Virus record (IMG/VR): IMGVR_UViG_3300036715_002708
Length of the DNA: 20,000 nt
DNA from: an uncultured virus (IMG/VR IMGVR_UViG_3300036715_002708)
Taxonomy: Duplodnaviria > Heunggongvirae > Uroviricota > Caudoviricetes
Direction: 5' to 3' (one strand)
The position numbers and the translations under genes are program-made. Under the pieces are notes generated by a model. It had not been told where the DNA came from. It did not search any database and saw only the letters and a program-made list of their open reading frames with translations. Below are positions 10,074 through 17,621 of this stretch, one piece after another. Each line of letters starts with the position of its first letter. Within the stretch, counting starts at the first letter, position 1.

Positions 10074-12101
10074 ATGAAATCATCCGAAATCGTAAAACTA
10101 CTCAATGACTCTTCAGTTGTAGCTGTTGTAAGTAGCGGCTCACATTCCCTCGCCTTGAAAAGTGACGGGACGGTCTTGGCGTGGGGGAGGAATTTTGACG
10201 GCCAACTCGGCAACGGGACTAGGGACGATAGCAATGTTCCCGTCCAAGTTTTGGGGCTGAGCGGAATTACGGCTATCGCAGCGGGCCATTCTCATTCCCT
10301 CGCCTTGAAAAACGACGGTACGGTCTGGGCGTGGGGTGCTAACTGGTCTGGCGAACTCGGCAACGGGACCAACACGTGTAGCAATGTCCCCGTCCAGGTT
10401 TCAGGGCTCACTGGCGTTACGGCTATCGCTGGAGGCTTTTGTCATTCCCTTGCCCTCAAAAGTGACGGGACAGTCTGGGCATGGGGTGATAATGGAGGCG
10501 GCCAACTCGGCAATGGGACCAACACATGGAGCAATGTCCCCGTTCAGGTTTCAGGTTTAACTGGAATTATGGCCATTGCGGGGGGCTGTTATCATTCCCT
10601 CGCCTTGAAAAATGACGGTACGGTCTGGGCCTGTGGGTATAATGGTTTCGGCGAACTCGGCAACGGGACCAACTCCGATAGCAGTCTCCCCGTCCAGGTT
10701 TCAGGGCTCACTGGGGTAACGGCCATCGCGGGGGGCTGGTCTCATTCCCTCGCCTTGAAAAACGACGGTACGGTCTGGGCATGGGGGTGGAATTACCTCG
10801 GCGCACTCGGCAACGGAACCTGGAACAGTAGCAATATCCCCGTCAAAGTTTCAGGACTTACGGGGCTCACTAAAATCGCGGGTGGCTATCTCCATTCCCT
10901 CGCCTTGAAAAACGACGGCACGGTCTGGGCCTGGGGGTGGAACGGTTGGGGCCAACTCGGCAACGGAACCAACACGTGTAGCAATGTCCCCGTCCAGGTT
11001 TCAGGGCTCACTGGCGTTACGGCTATCGCGGGAAGTTCTGGCCATTCCCTCGCATTAAAGAGTGACGGGACGGTCTTGGCCTGGGGATGTAATGATTACG
11101 GCCAACTTAGCAATGGGACCTACACTAATAGCAATATCCCCGTCCACGTTTTAGGGCTCACAGGGGTTACGGCCGTCGTGGAGGGCAGTAATCATTTCCT
11201 CGCCTTGAAAAATGACGGGACAGTTTGGGCCTGGGGTGATAATGAATACGGCCAGCTTGGCAACGGGACCAACACCGGTAGCAATGCCCCCGTTCAAGTT
11301 TTAGGGCTCACGGAGATCATTGCAATCGCGGCTGGAGATTATCATTCCCTCGCCCTGAAAAGTAACGGGACCGTCTGGGTCTGGGGGTGGAATTTTTACG
11401 GCCAACTCGGCAACGGGACCTACACTAGTAGCAATGTCCCCATCCAGATTTTGGGGTTCACTAGGGTTATTGCCATTGCTGGGGGCTATGACCATTCCCT
11501 CGCCTTAAAAAATGACGGTACGGTCTGGGCCTGGGGGCGTAATTATTGGGGTCAACTCGGCAATGAGACAACTATAGATAGCAATTACCCTGTTAAGGTC
11601 TCAGGGCTCACGAGGGTCACTAAAATCGCGGGAGCCCGTTGTCATTCCCTCGCATTGAAAAATGACGGGACGGTTTGGGCATGGGGGTATAACGATGACG
11701 GCGAACTCGGCAACGGGACCTACTCCCAGAGCAATCTCCCCGTCCAGGTTGCAGGGCTCACTGGCGTTACGGCCATCGTTGGGGGTAGTCGTCATTCCCT
11801 TGCCTTGCGGAATGACGGTACAGTCTGGACGTGGGGTAATAATGAATACGGCCAGCTTGGCAACGGGGCCAATGCCAATAGCAATCTCCCCGTCCAGGTT
11901 GCAGGGCTCACTAGCGTCACAGCTATCGCGGCGGGCTGGGCTCATTCCCTCACCTTGAAAAATGATGGGACGGTCTTGACCTGGGGATGGACTAATTACG
12001 GTCAATTTGACAACGGGGTTCGCATCAATAGCAAAATCCCTAACCAGTTTGACACACGAGCCAAACGTCAATTTGTTGTGCAATTGGAGTGGTCAAGTTG
12101 A
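10074..12101 (+). CDS. RCC1-repeat beta-propeller protein 3 (13 repeats)
   Basis: Thirteen GTV[W/L]x[W/C]G cores at 150-bp period; AAAGGA RBS. Confidence 0.93.
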   Translation: MKSSEIVKLLNDSSVVAVVSSGSHSLALKSDGTVLAWGRNFDGQLGNGTRDDSNVPVQVLGLSGITAIAAGHSHSLALKNDGTVWAWGANWSGELGNGTNTCSNVPVQVSGLTGVTAIAGGFCHSLALKSDGTVWAWGDNGGGQLGNGTNTWSNVPVQVSGLTGIMAIAGGCYHSLALKNDGTVWACGYNGFGELGNGTNSDSSLPVQVSGLTGVTAIAGGWSHSLALKNDGTVWAWGWNYLGALGNGTWNSSNIPVKVSGLTGLTKIAGGYLHSLALKNDGTVWAWGWNGWGQLGNGTNTCSNVPVQVSGLTGVTAIAGSSGHSLALKSDGTVLAWGCNDYGQLSNGTYTNSNIPVHVLGLTGVTAVVEGSNHFLALKNDGTVWAWGDNEYGQLGNGTNTGSNAPVQVLGLTEIIAIAAGDYHSLALKSNGTVWVWGWNFYGQLGNGTYTSSNVPIQILGFTRVIAIAGGYDHSLALKNDGTVWAWGRNYWGQLGNETTIDSNYPVKVSGLTRVTKIAGARCHSLALKNDGTVWAWGYNDDGELGNGTYSQSNLPVQVAGLTGVTAIVGGSRHSLALRNDGTVWTWGNNEYGQLGNGANANSNLPVQVAGLTSVTAIAAGWAHSLTLKNDGTVLTWGWTNYGQFDNGVRINSKIPNQFDTRAKRQFVVQLEWSS

Positions 12102-12145
12102 CAAAGAGAACCACCAAAACTAACAACTACGAGGAAAACAACGAA

Positions 12146-12339
12146 ATGAAATTGACCAAGCGAGCAAAAGCATTTGACAAATCCGCAGTCATAGCGACTA
12201 TCAAACTTGATAATGGATTAGAACATGCTATTGCTTTGCAGAATGACAGGACGGTCTAGGCGTGGGGGGGTACAACAATTCCGGTCAGCCTAGAAACAAG
12301 ACAACTAAACACAGTAAATCTCCCTTTCAGGTGACTTAG
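12146..12339 (+). pseudogene. Disrupted single-repeat RCC1 gene (copy 4)
   Basis: MKLTKRAKAFDKSAVIATIKLDNGLEHAIALQNDRTV then TAG at 12257 where TGG is expected, a G7 run that shifts the frame, then YNNSGQPRNKTTKHSKSPFQVT-stop. Confidence 0.8.
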
Positions 12340-12436
12340 TTAACAGCCAAATTTCGAGTCAATACTCTAAATTCTGTGGTGCAATCAGGCATAGGGGATT
12401 AGAGACGTTTGCATTTGAGCAGAAAGGAGCGATCGA
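12340..12436 (+). repeat. Conserved intergenic spacer, copy 3 (more diverged)
   Basis: 97 bp; retains TCGAGTCAAT, GATTAGAGACGTTTGCA, TTGAGCAGAAAGGA. Confidence 0.85.
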
Positions 12437-12643
12437 ATGAAATCGGCTAGGGTTTCAAAACCATTCGACACATCTGTATTTACAAAAATTATCACGCTCG
12501 CTACTAGTAGGGGCTCACATTCCCTCGCCTTGAAAAAAGACGGTACGGTCTGGGCTTGGGGGGGTAACTGGGCAGGCCAGCTTGGCAACGGGGCCGATAT
12601 CACCAGCAGCAATCTTCCTGTCCAGGTTTCAGGATTGAATTAA
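12437..12643 (+). CDS. Single-repeat RCC1 mini-gene or truncated gene (copy 5, 68 aa)
   Basis: AAGGAG RBS, MKS start, one intact repeat [25 protein letters not shown]...PVQVSGL; followed by an eroded remnant HNNHGQL at 12652-12672. Confidence 0.7.
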   Translation: MKSARVSKPFDTSVFTKIITLATSRGSHSLALKKDGTVWAWGGNWAGQLGNGADITSSNLPVQVSGLN

Positions 12644-12712
12644 ACTTGAAGCATAATAACCACGGACAACTTTAAATCGATACACTTAAAAATTAATAGC
12701 AAGGAGTACAAT

Positions 12713-13432
12713 ATGAGAGAAGATATTGATATTTATGCTATCCCTCCGGATGATAAGGGGTGGCGGATACTACCTAATGGGAACAAAGTGATGCTAGGTG
12801 AAGATGTAAAACTAGGCTATGGTGTGCAGCTTGGTGAATATGTTAGTATTGGTTCTGGCACGAGAATTGGTGGTCTCGTGTGGATAGGTAATTTTGTATC
12901 GTTTAAGAATAATGTAGAAGTTGGCAACAAGGTGATGATAGGTCATGGCGTCACTATAGGCAAAAATGTTAAATTAGGCAATAGTGTAATTCTTGGCAAT
13001 GGTGTAATATTATGTGACGACGTACGCCTTGGGGATAACGTGATTCTTGGAGACGACACGTGTCTCGGCAGCGGGACAACTAGTGACACACTCTATAAAG
13101 ATTTTATCTCTGCACTACCAGAAGTATTTGAGGCATGGAAATGGGTGACGGCGGAACGTAAATCTCCCTTTTCTGATGTGGTACGGGATTATTCAGATGG
13201 AGCCATCGTGGAAGAACCGGCGGCTATTCGCGATAACAAGGTAACTGGCCCAGGCTTATACGTAGTTCGTCCAGGTTACAGGCCTGAATATCTTGGACTT
13301 GCGTGGCCTAACTCAGGACTAATTTGTCTTCGAGTGGAGGTTCGTCGGGAGGATGTTTGCTTCGGTGGGCTTCCGACTAGGGATGCTATCCTACGCGTCA
13401 AAAGACTTAAGGTGCTTAATCAGGTAGGCTAA
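12713..13432 (+). CDS. Hexapeptide-repeat (left-handed beta-helix) protein with a distinct C-terminal globular domain
   Basis: AAGGAG RBS; long run of [VI]x[LI]Gxx hexapeptides (VMLGED VKLGYG VQLGEY VSIGSG...), then AWKWV...SPF...Y..G...GLYV...LRVEV...ILRVKRLKV. Confidence 0.8.
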   Translation: MREDIDIYAIPPDDKGWRILPNGNKVMLGEDVKLGYGVQLGEYVSIGSGTRIGGLVWIGNFVSFKNNVEVGNKVMIGHGVTIGKNVKLGNSVILGNGVILCDDVRLGDNVILGDDTCLGSGTTSDTLYKDFISALPEVFEAWKWVTAERKSPFSDVVRDYSDGAIVEEPAAIRDNKVTGPGLYVVRPGYRPEYLGLAWPNSGLICLRVEVRREDVCFGGLPTRDAILRVKRLKVLNQVG

Positions 13433-13534
13433 TAATGAAAGTCGGAGTGAAGCTGAGAATGCTGCATATTTCCATAGTTAAAACCAAGGCTTGCTCAAAA
13501 TAATTTCTAAAACTAAAAAGAATTCGGAGGAAAA

Positions 13535-14659
13535 ATGAGCAGAATAATTCTCCTCAATGAAATTATAACTATCTCTCGTAAGGATTTAAAATATTGCCAT
13601 GTACCTAAGAAAGGAAAGCCAATACTTGAAAACTATCCAGCGAAAAAGATATTTGGCAGAGTAAATTCTATGGACAGGCGAGGCATTGAGATGTCGTTAA
13701 TGATTCCCATGTTAGAGAATGAAACAATAGTGGGAACGATGGACACTGGAGTTCAAATTATTATTCCCACTAAAAAAGTTGACCGCATTCTCGACAAATT
13801 TTATGGTACAGACTTTGGCACCGCCGCCTCCTTGCCAGAAGAGATACATATTCCTACTCAGAAAACACTAGTGTCGGTAAAGGTTCATCGCCCTGGGGAG
13901 GTGAACATGAAGTTTACTCCGACACTCACTACAAATATTGCCGCCGTAGCCGAACAGATTAAAAAGGGGAATGAGGCATCTAGAGTCACGATCTTTGGCG
14001 ACATTGGCTCTGGTAAAACTTCACTAGCGGAAACACTATTTAGCGCTATTGGAATTCCATATATTATTGTAAATCAATATTGGTGGGCCGCAATGCCCTT
14101 TGAGGATTTAATTAGCGGCCTAAATTTTCTAGCTGATGTTGGAGCGGAAAGAAAACTTGGCATTATGCTTGATAATTTAGATGAACTTGTCGCGAGCACT
14201 TTGGTAAGCGATGCAGGGGGACAAGGTACAAGTAGTAGCCAAACAGCTACTCTACTTTTTCATCTTTCTCGTATATTCCGCCTCTTTCCTGGGACTATTA
14301 TCTCAACGACCTCTAGTGGTGAAGGTCTCGGTCATTTAAACGCTCAGACTCAATACTTTTTTAGTCTTAGTCTAAGTGAAACAGAACGGGCAAGTTTCTG
14401 GGAAATGATTTGTCCTACTGCTAGTAAAATGAAAGAAGAAATTGCAAGAGAAAATTTACCGATTAGTATTATGTGTGCTTTACTAAAGCAAGCTAAGGCC
14501 ATAGGATCTCTTCATAAAAGAAAGAATCCATCTGACGAAGATGTCAGGTGCGCATTGCAGTGCTGTGGAAAGAAAGAAGATGGGCAGCAGACTGGGTTTA
14601 TCAACGCACATTTCCACCCTGATGACCAAGTCAAACAGATTAAACGAAAGGAGGATTAA
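13535..14659 (+). CDS. Divergent AAA+-like P-loop ATPase
   Basis: GGAGG RBS; Walker A GDIGSGKT, Walker B-like IMLDNLDEL, lid-like ERASFWE, terminal QTGF. Confidence 0.7.
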   Translation: MSRIILLNEIITISRKDLKYCHVPKKGKPILENYPAKKIFGRVNSMDRRGIEMSLMIPMLENETIVGTMDTGVQIIIPTKKVDRILDKFYGTDFGTAASLPEEIHIPTQKTLVSVKVHRPGEVNMKFTPTLTTNIAAVAEQIKKGNEASRVTIFGDIGSGKTSLAETLFSAIGIPYIIVNQYWWAAMPFEDLISGLNFLADVGAERKLGIMLDNLDELVASTLVSDAGGQGTSSSQTATLLFHLSRIFRLFPGTIISTTSSGEGLGHLNAQTQYFFSLSLSETERASFWEMICPTASKMKEEIARENLPISIMCALLKQAKAIGSLHKRKNPSDEDVRCALQCCGKKEDGQQTGFINAHFHPDDQVKQIKRKED

Positions 14660-14660
14660 A

Positions 14661-14948
14661 ATGAAGGCTAAGGCAAAAAACAGGTATTTTGTTAACGACC
14701 TTACTCCTTACGTCGGAAGAATTATTACCTTTAAAGTTAATGTTGCTCACTCTGGACACAAAGAAGATACTCAAACCCCGTTATTTCTTTTGCGTGAAGT
14801 AAAAGAAACTGCCAGTGGGCATTTGTTGCTTGTAGGGGTTAACCTTAAAAGAGTTGAAGACATTCACACCCTAGACCGTAATACGGTTCCATTTAGATCT
14901 TTTAGGGTCGATCGTGTGCAATTCGGCTCTCTAAAGGTGATAGTTTGA
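14661..14948 (+). CDS. Small WYL-like domain protein (95 aa)
   Basis: Start reassigned to ATG 14661 after AAGGAGG; LLLVGVNLKR...FRSFRVDRV resembles the WYL signature R[ST]FR[LV]DR[IV]. Confidence 0.55.
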   Translation: MKAKAKNRYFVNDLTPYVGRIITFKVNVAHSGHKEDTQTPLFLLREVKETASGHLLLVGVNLKRVEDIHTLDRNTVPFRSFRVDRVQFGSLKVIV

Positions 14949-14951
14949 CCA

Positions 14952-15260
14952 ATGAATAACCTTGTCAAAGAGTCAAGAGAGGCTATTAGAGCGTTTATAG
15001 AGAATCCAACTAGGCAACGGTTAATAGCCATAAAGAAGCTAACCGATGAAGACAATCGAGCAGCTGGGCCTTGTTTAGTGAGCAAACACTGCGTTTTAAA
15101 AACAACAAACATCTCTGAATGCGCAAAGTGTCCCCTAGGAACGGTAAATGAAGTTGGTGATACCATGTGCTGGTTCGTTAGACTAGACAATCCTATAACC
15201 TGGAAAAAGCATAAGGCAACAATACTTAAAGCTTTAATAGAATTTCAGGCCGGGCTTTAA
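14952..15260 (+). CDS. Cys-rich hypothetical protein (102 aa), possibly metal-binding
   Basis: PC...HC...CAKCPL...MC pattern; tightly packed between neighbours. Confidence 0.6.
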   Translation: MNNLVKESREAIRAFIENPTRQRLIAIKKLTDEDNRAAGPCLVSKHCVLKTTNISECAKCPLGTVNEVGDTMCWFVRLDNPITWKKHKATILKALIEFQAGL

Positions 15261-15277
15261 ATCTTAAGGAGGAATTT

Positions 15278-16795
15278 ATGGAACTGAAAAAACTAGGAAT
15301 ATATGGGTGTGAGGCCATTGAAGACCTCATAGCCGCATCTATTTTAACCGGAGATTCGGCTATGTTTATTGGCAGTGCTGGAACTGGCAAAACATTTATG
15401 CTAGAGAGACTGGCCGAAGCTCTCGATCTTAAGTTCATTGCCTATAATTGTTCATCTAATAATTTTGAAGATCTTATTGGATTTCCCATTCTGAATTCAG
15501 ATAAATCGGCGATGGACTTTATCCCTACCCCAACATCTATTTGGGGAGTTAACCTTGTTCTTCTTGATGAGATTAATAGGGCTAGGCTTGACATTCAGAA
15601 TCACTATTTTCAGCTCATTAGGAATCGTAGCATCCAGGGGAAGAAAGTAGATAGTCTTAAATGGGTTTTTGCCGCGATGAACCCATTGAGTTATGCAGGA
15701 ACTCAGCCGCTTGATAAAGCTCTCGCTGACCGTTTTGCTTGGGTTATCAGGACTCCTGCTTTTCATGTAATAAACGAGGAAGATAGACATAGTATTATAA
15801 GTAATATCACATGTGACGATGCTCCTGCTATGAGTCATTGGGGCTTTTCTAAGTCATTTAGCCGAGACGAGAAATTGACAGTTGAACTAAAGTCATATTT
15901 CAAAGCCGCAGCCGCCATTTACAATCAGTATCTTAACGATTGTAACGATGTGATCCAATATGTAGACGATTTTATTATTTCAGTTAACAATGCAAGCGGT
16001 TACTCTGGGACCATAGAGGGCCGCAGAGCGGGTATTCTCCTTCGCAACATCCTTTCTCTCGCGGCAGTTAGAGAGGCTAGTGGCTTACCTGGTGGCCTGG
16101 AAGCAGCAGCAGGTAAAGCTATTTTCCATTCGTTCATCAATGAAGCTGTTGATGAACCTATTCCAAACAAGGTACTTGAGACTGCCCATGAGAAGGCCAA
16201 GGTATATCTGCGTAAGTCCGCCTCGTCTATCATGGAGACTATTGAGCGTTTACCTTATTCAATTCAAAAAATAGCTAAGGGTATGAGATATAACATTGAT
16301 CCGGTAGTCTTGGGTGGATATATAAACGCCCACCTCTCGGAGATTAATTCGGACCCAATGGCGATGGAAGCTTTTGCTTTAGCCATTTGGCCATTTCTAA
16401 AAAATTCTAACGTTACCAATGATGCTCTTGCTTCTATAGCCAGCATAATTTCCATTATACTTTCTAACCAAGACTCGGACTTTTATCAGGATGTATCACT
16501 TAGAGAAGAAATAGATATTAAGACGTCGGGGGCACTTGAACTGAACCATATAATTGATTTGATAACTCCAAATCCCAAACAGAATTTTACTAATATATCT
16601 AACTTGCTTAATTCAAAAGATGTCTATGACGAGATATCTCACCGCCAAGGACTAAGACCAAAGTTGTCGTCCCATACAGACTTTTCAGCCGAAAAAGTGA
16701 GAGGAGCTAAGATGTTAAAGGCTTATATGTACGTGTTGTCCAATAACAATTTTACTCCAGATGTATTTGCCTCATCTCAACAGAAGGAGGTATAA
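15278..16795 (+). CDS. MoxR/RavA-like AAA+ ATPase (copy 2) with C-terminal helical extension
   Basis: AAGGAGG RBS; Walker A GSAGTGKT, EDLIGFP, Walker B LLDEINRA, AAMNP sensor-1, LDKALADRF arginine finger, sensor-2-like EGRR. Confidence 0.88.
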   Translation: MELKKLGIYGCEAIEDLIAASILTGDSAMFIGSAGTGKTFMLERLAEALDLKFIAYNCSSNNFEDLIGFPILNSDKSAMDFIPTPTSIWGVNLVLLDEINRARLDIQNHYFQLIRNRSIQGKKVDSLKWVFAAMNPLSYAGTQPLDKALADRFAWVIRTPAFHVINEEDRHSIISNITCDDAPAMSHWGFSKSFSRDEKLTVELKSYFKAAAAIYNQYLNDCNDVIQYVDDFIISVNNASGYSGTIEGRRAGILLRNILSLAAVREASGLPGGLEAAAGKAIFHSFINEAVDEPIPNKVLETAHEKAKVYLRKSASSIMETIERLPYSIQKIAKGMRYNIDPVVLGGYINAHLSEINSDPMAMEAFALAIWPFLKNSNVTNDALASIASIISIILSNQDSDFYQDVSLREEIDIKTSGALELNHIIDLITPNPKQNFTNISNLLNSKDVYDEISHRQGLRPKLSSHTDFSAEKVRGAKMLKAYMYVLSNNNFTPDVFASSQQKEV

Positions 16796-17617
16796 ATGCT
16801 TAAGATAACCTGTTTTACTCCCAACAAAGACAAGGCAATGTTAGAAAACATTTTGCTACTTATAGAGTCTGAATCTGACGAGAAGCGCATAGCCATATTT
16901 AGAGAATTTAATGACTTCGGAGAGGTTCACTGTAAAGGCTGGCCCATTCTCAATCAAGAAGATTATGATAATTGTATGCTTATAGTTAAAAACCAAGGAC
17001 TTAATGAATCATTTGTGGTGGACAGTCCGGACTCTGAAAATGCTAACGTTATAACTAATATTTTCCGACATACTTTACTGCCTGGACCATTTCATAAAGT
17101 CATTTCCACTTCTATTGCAGCTGATTTTTGGAGTGCTGCACAGCTTCGTGCCAATAGACCACAAAGCTATGGCGAATCAGTTGATATTTTTACTTTCGAT
17201 GCACTAAAAGAAATGTGGAAATCTATTGGGAAAAGTGGATTTAGCAGTAAAAGTAAATCAGACTTATACGAGGGATTTGCTGAATCTGCAAGTGATATAG
17301 CCACTAGTCCAGAAAGCGAGGAATTCTGTAATCAACTTCCTGCTCGTATGATACAATTGGAAAATAACTATCATACTACTTATATGAAGCCCAATACTAC
17401 CATCATGTCTCCTACCAAGGTCTTAGCTCTCACCTCCAGAATATCTGGAAAAGTGCTCTATAACAAAGAGTCCTCGCCAGAGATTACTAATGATACAATT
17501 AGAAATAGACACATCATTGTAGACTTAATCGATCCATATAAAGATCCGATAGAAAGCGGTTTTACTACGGAGCAAGAAGCTCTGGCTGCTCTGACACCTA
17601 TTCCTCACAAGGAATAA
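16796..17617 (+). CDS. Hypothetical protein (273 aa) between MoxR copy 2 and its vWA partner
   Basis: AAGGAGGT RBS; abuts upstream stop. Confidence 0.8.
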   Translation: MLKITCFTPNKDKAMLENILLLIESESDEKRIAIFREFNDFGEVHCKGWPILNQEDYDNCMLIVKNQGLNESFVVDSPDSENANVITNIFRHTLLPGPFHKVISTSIAADFWSAAQLRANRPQSYGESVDIFTFDALKEMWKSIGKSGFSSKSKSDLYEGFAESASDIATSPESEEFCNQLPARMIQLENNYHTTYMKPNTTIMSPTKVLALTSRISGKVLYNKESSPEITNDTIRNRHIIVDLIDPYKDPIESGFTTEQEALAALTPIPHKE

Positions 17618-17621
17618 ACAA

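Noticed and set aside
12257..12259. TAG reassignment (alternative genetic code)
   Set aside because: TAG ends several clear genes (5684, 6988, 8919, 9970, 19774); this TAG replaces a Trp codon and is accompanied by a frameshift.
8920..12436. Spacers as integron attC sites or CRISPR repeats
   Set aside because: AAC...GTT ends are present, but the R boxes are not complementary beyond the triplet, L boxes are poor and no integrase is seen; the units are far too long and separated by whole genes, so not CRISPR.
7743..12612. Minus-strand and alternate-frame ORFs over the RCC1 genes and spacers
   Set aside because: Shadows of repetitive GC-rich coding sequence; they repeat because the sense strand repeats and lack RBS support.
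7810..12643. Diversity-generating retroelement as the source of RCC1 variation
   Set aside because: No reverse transcriptase or template/variable repeat pair in the window; variable codons are often TGG, which AAY mutagenesis cannot produce, and adjacent AAC/AAT Asn codons stay conserved.
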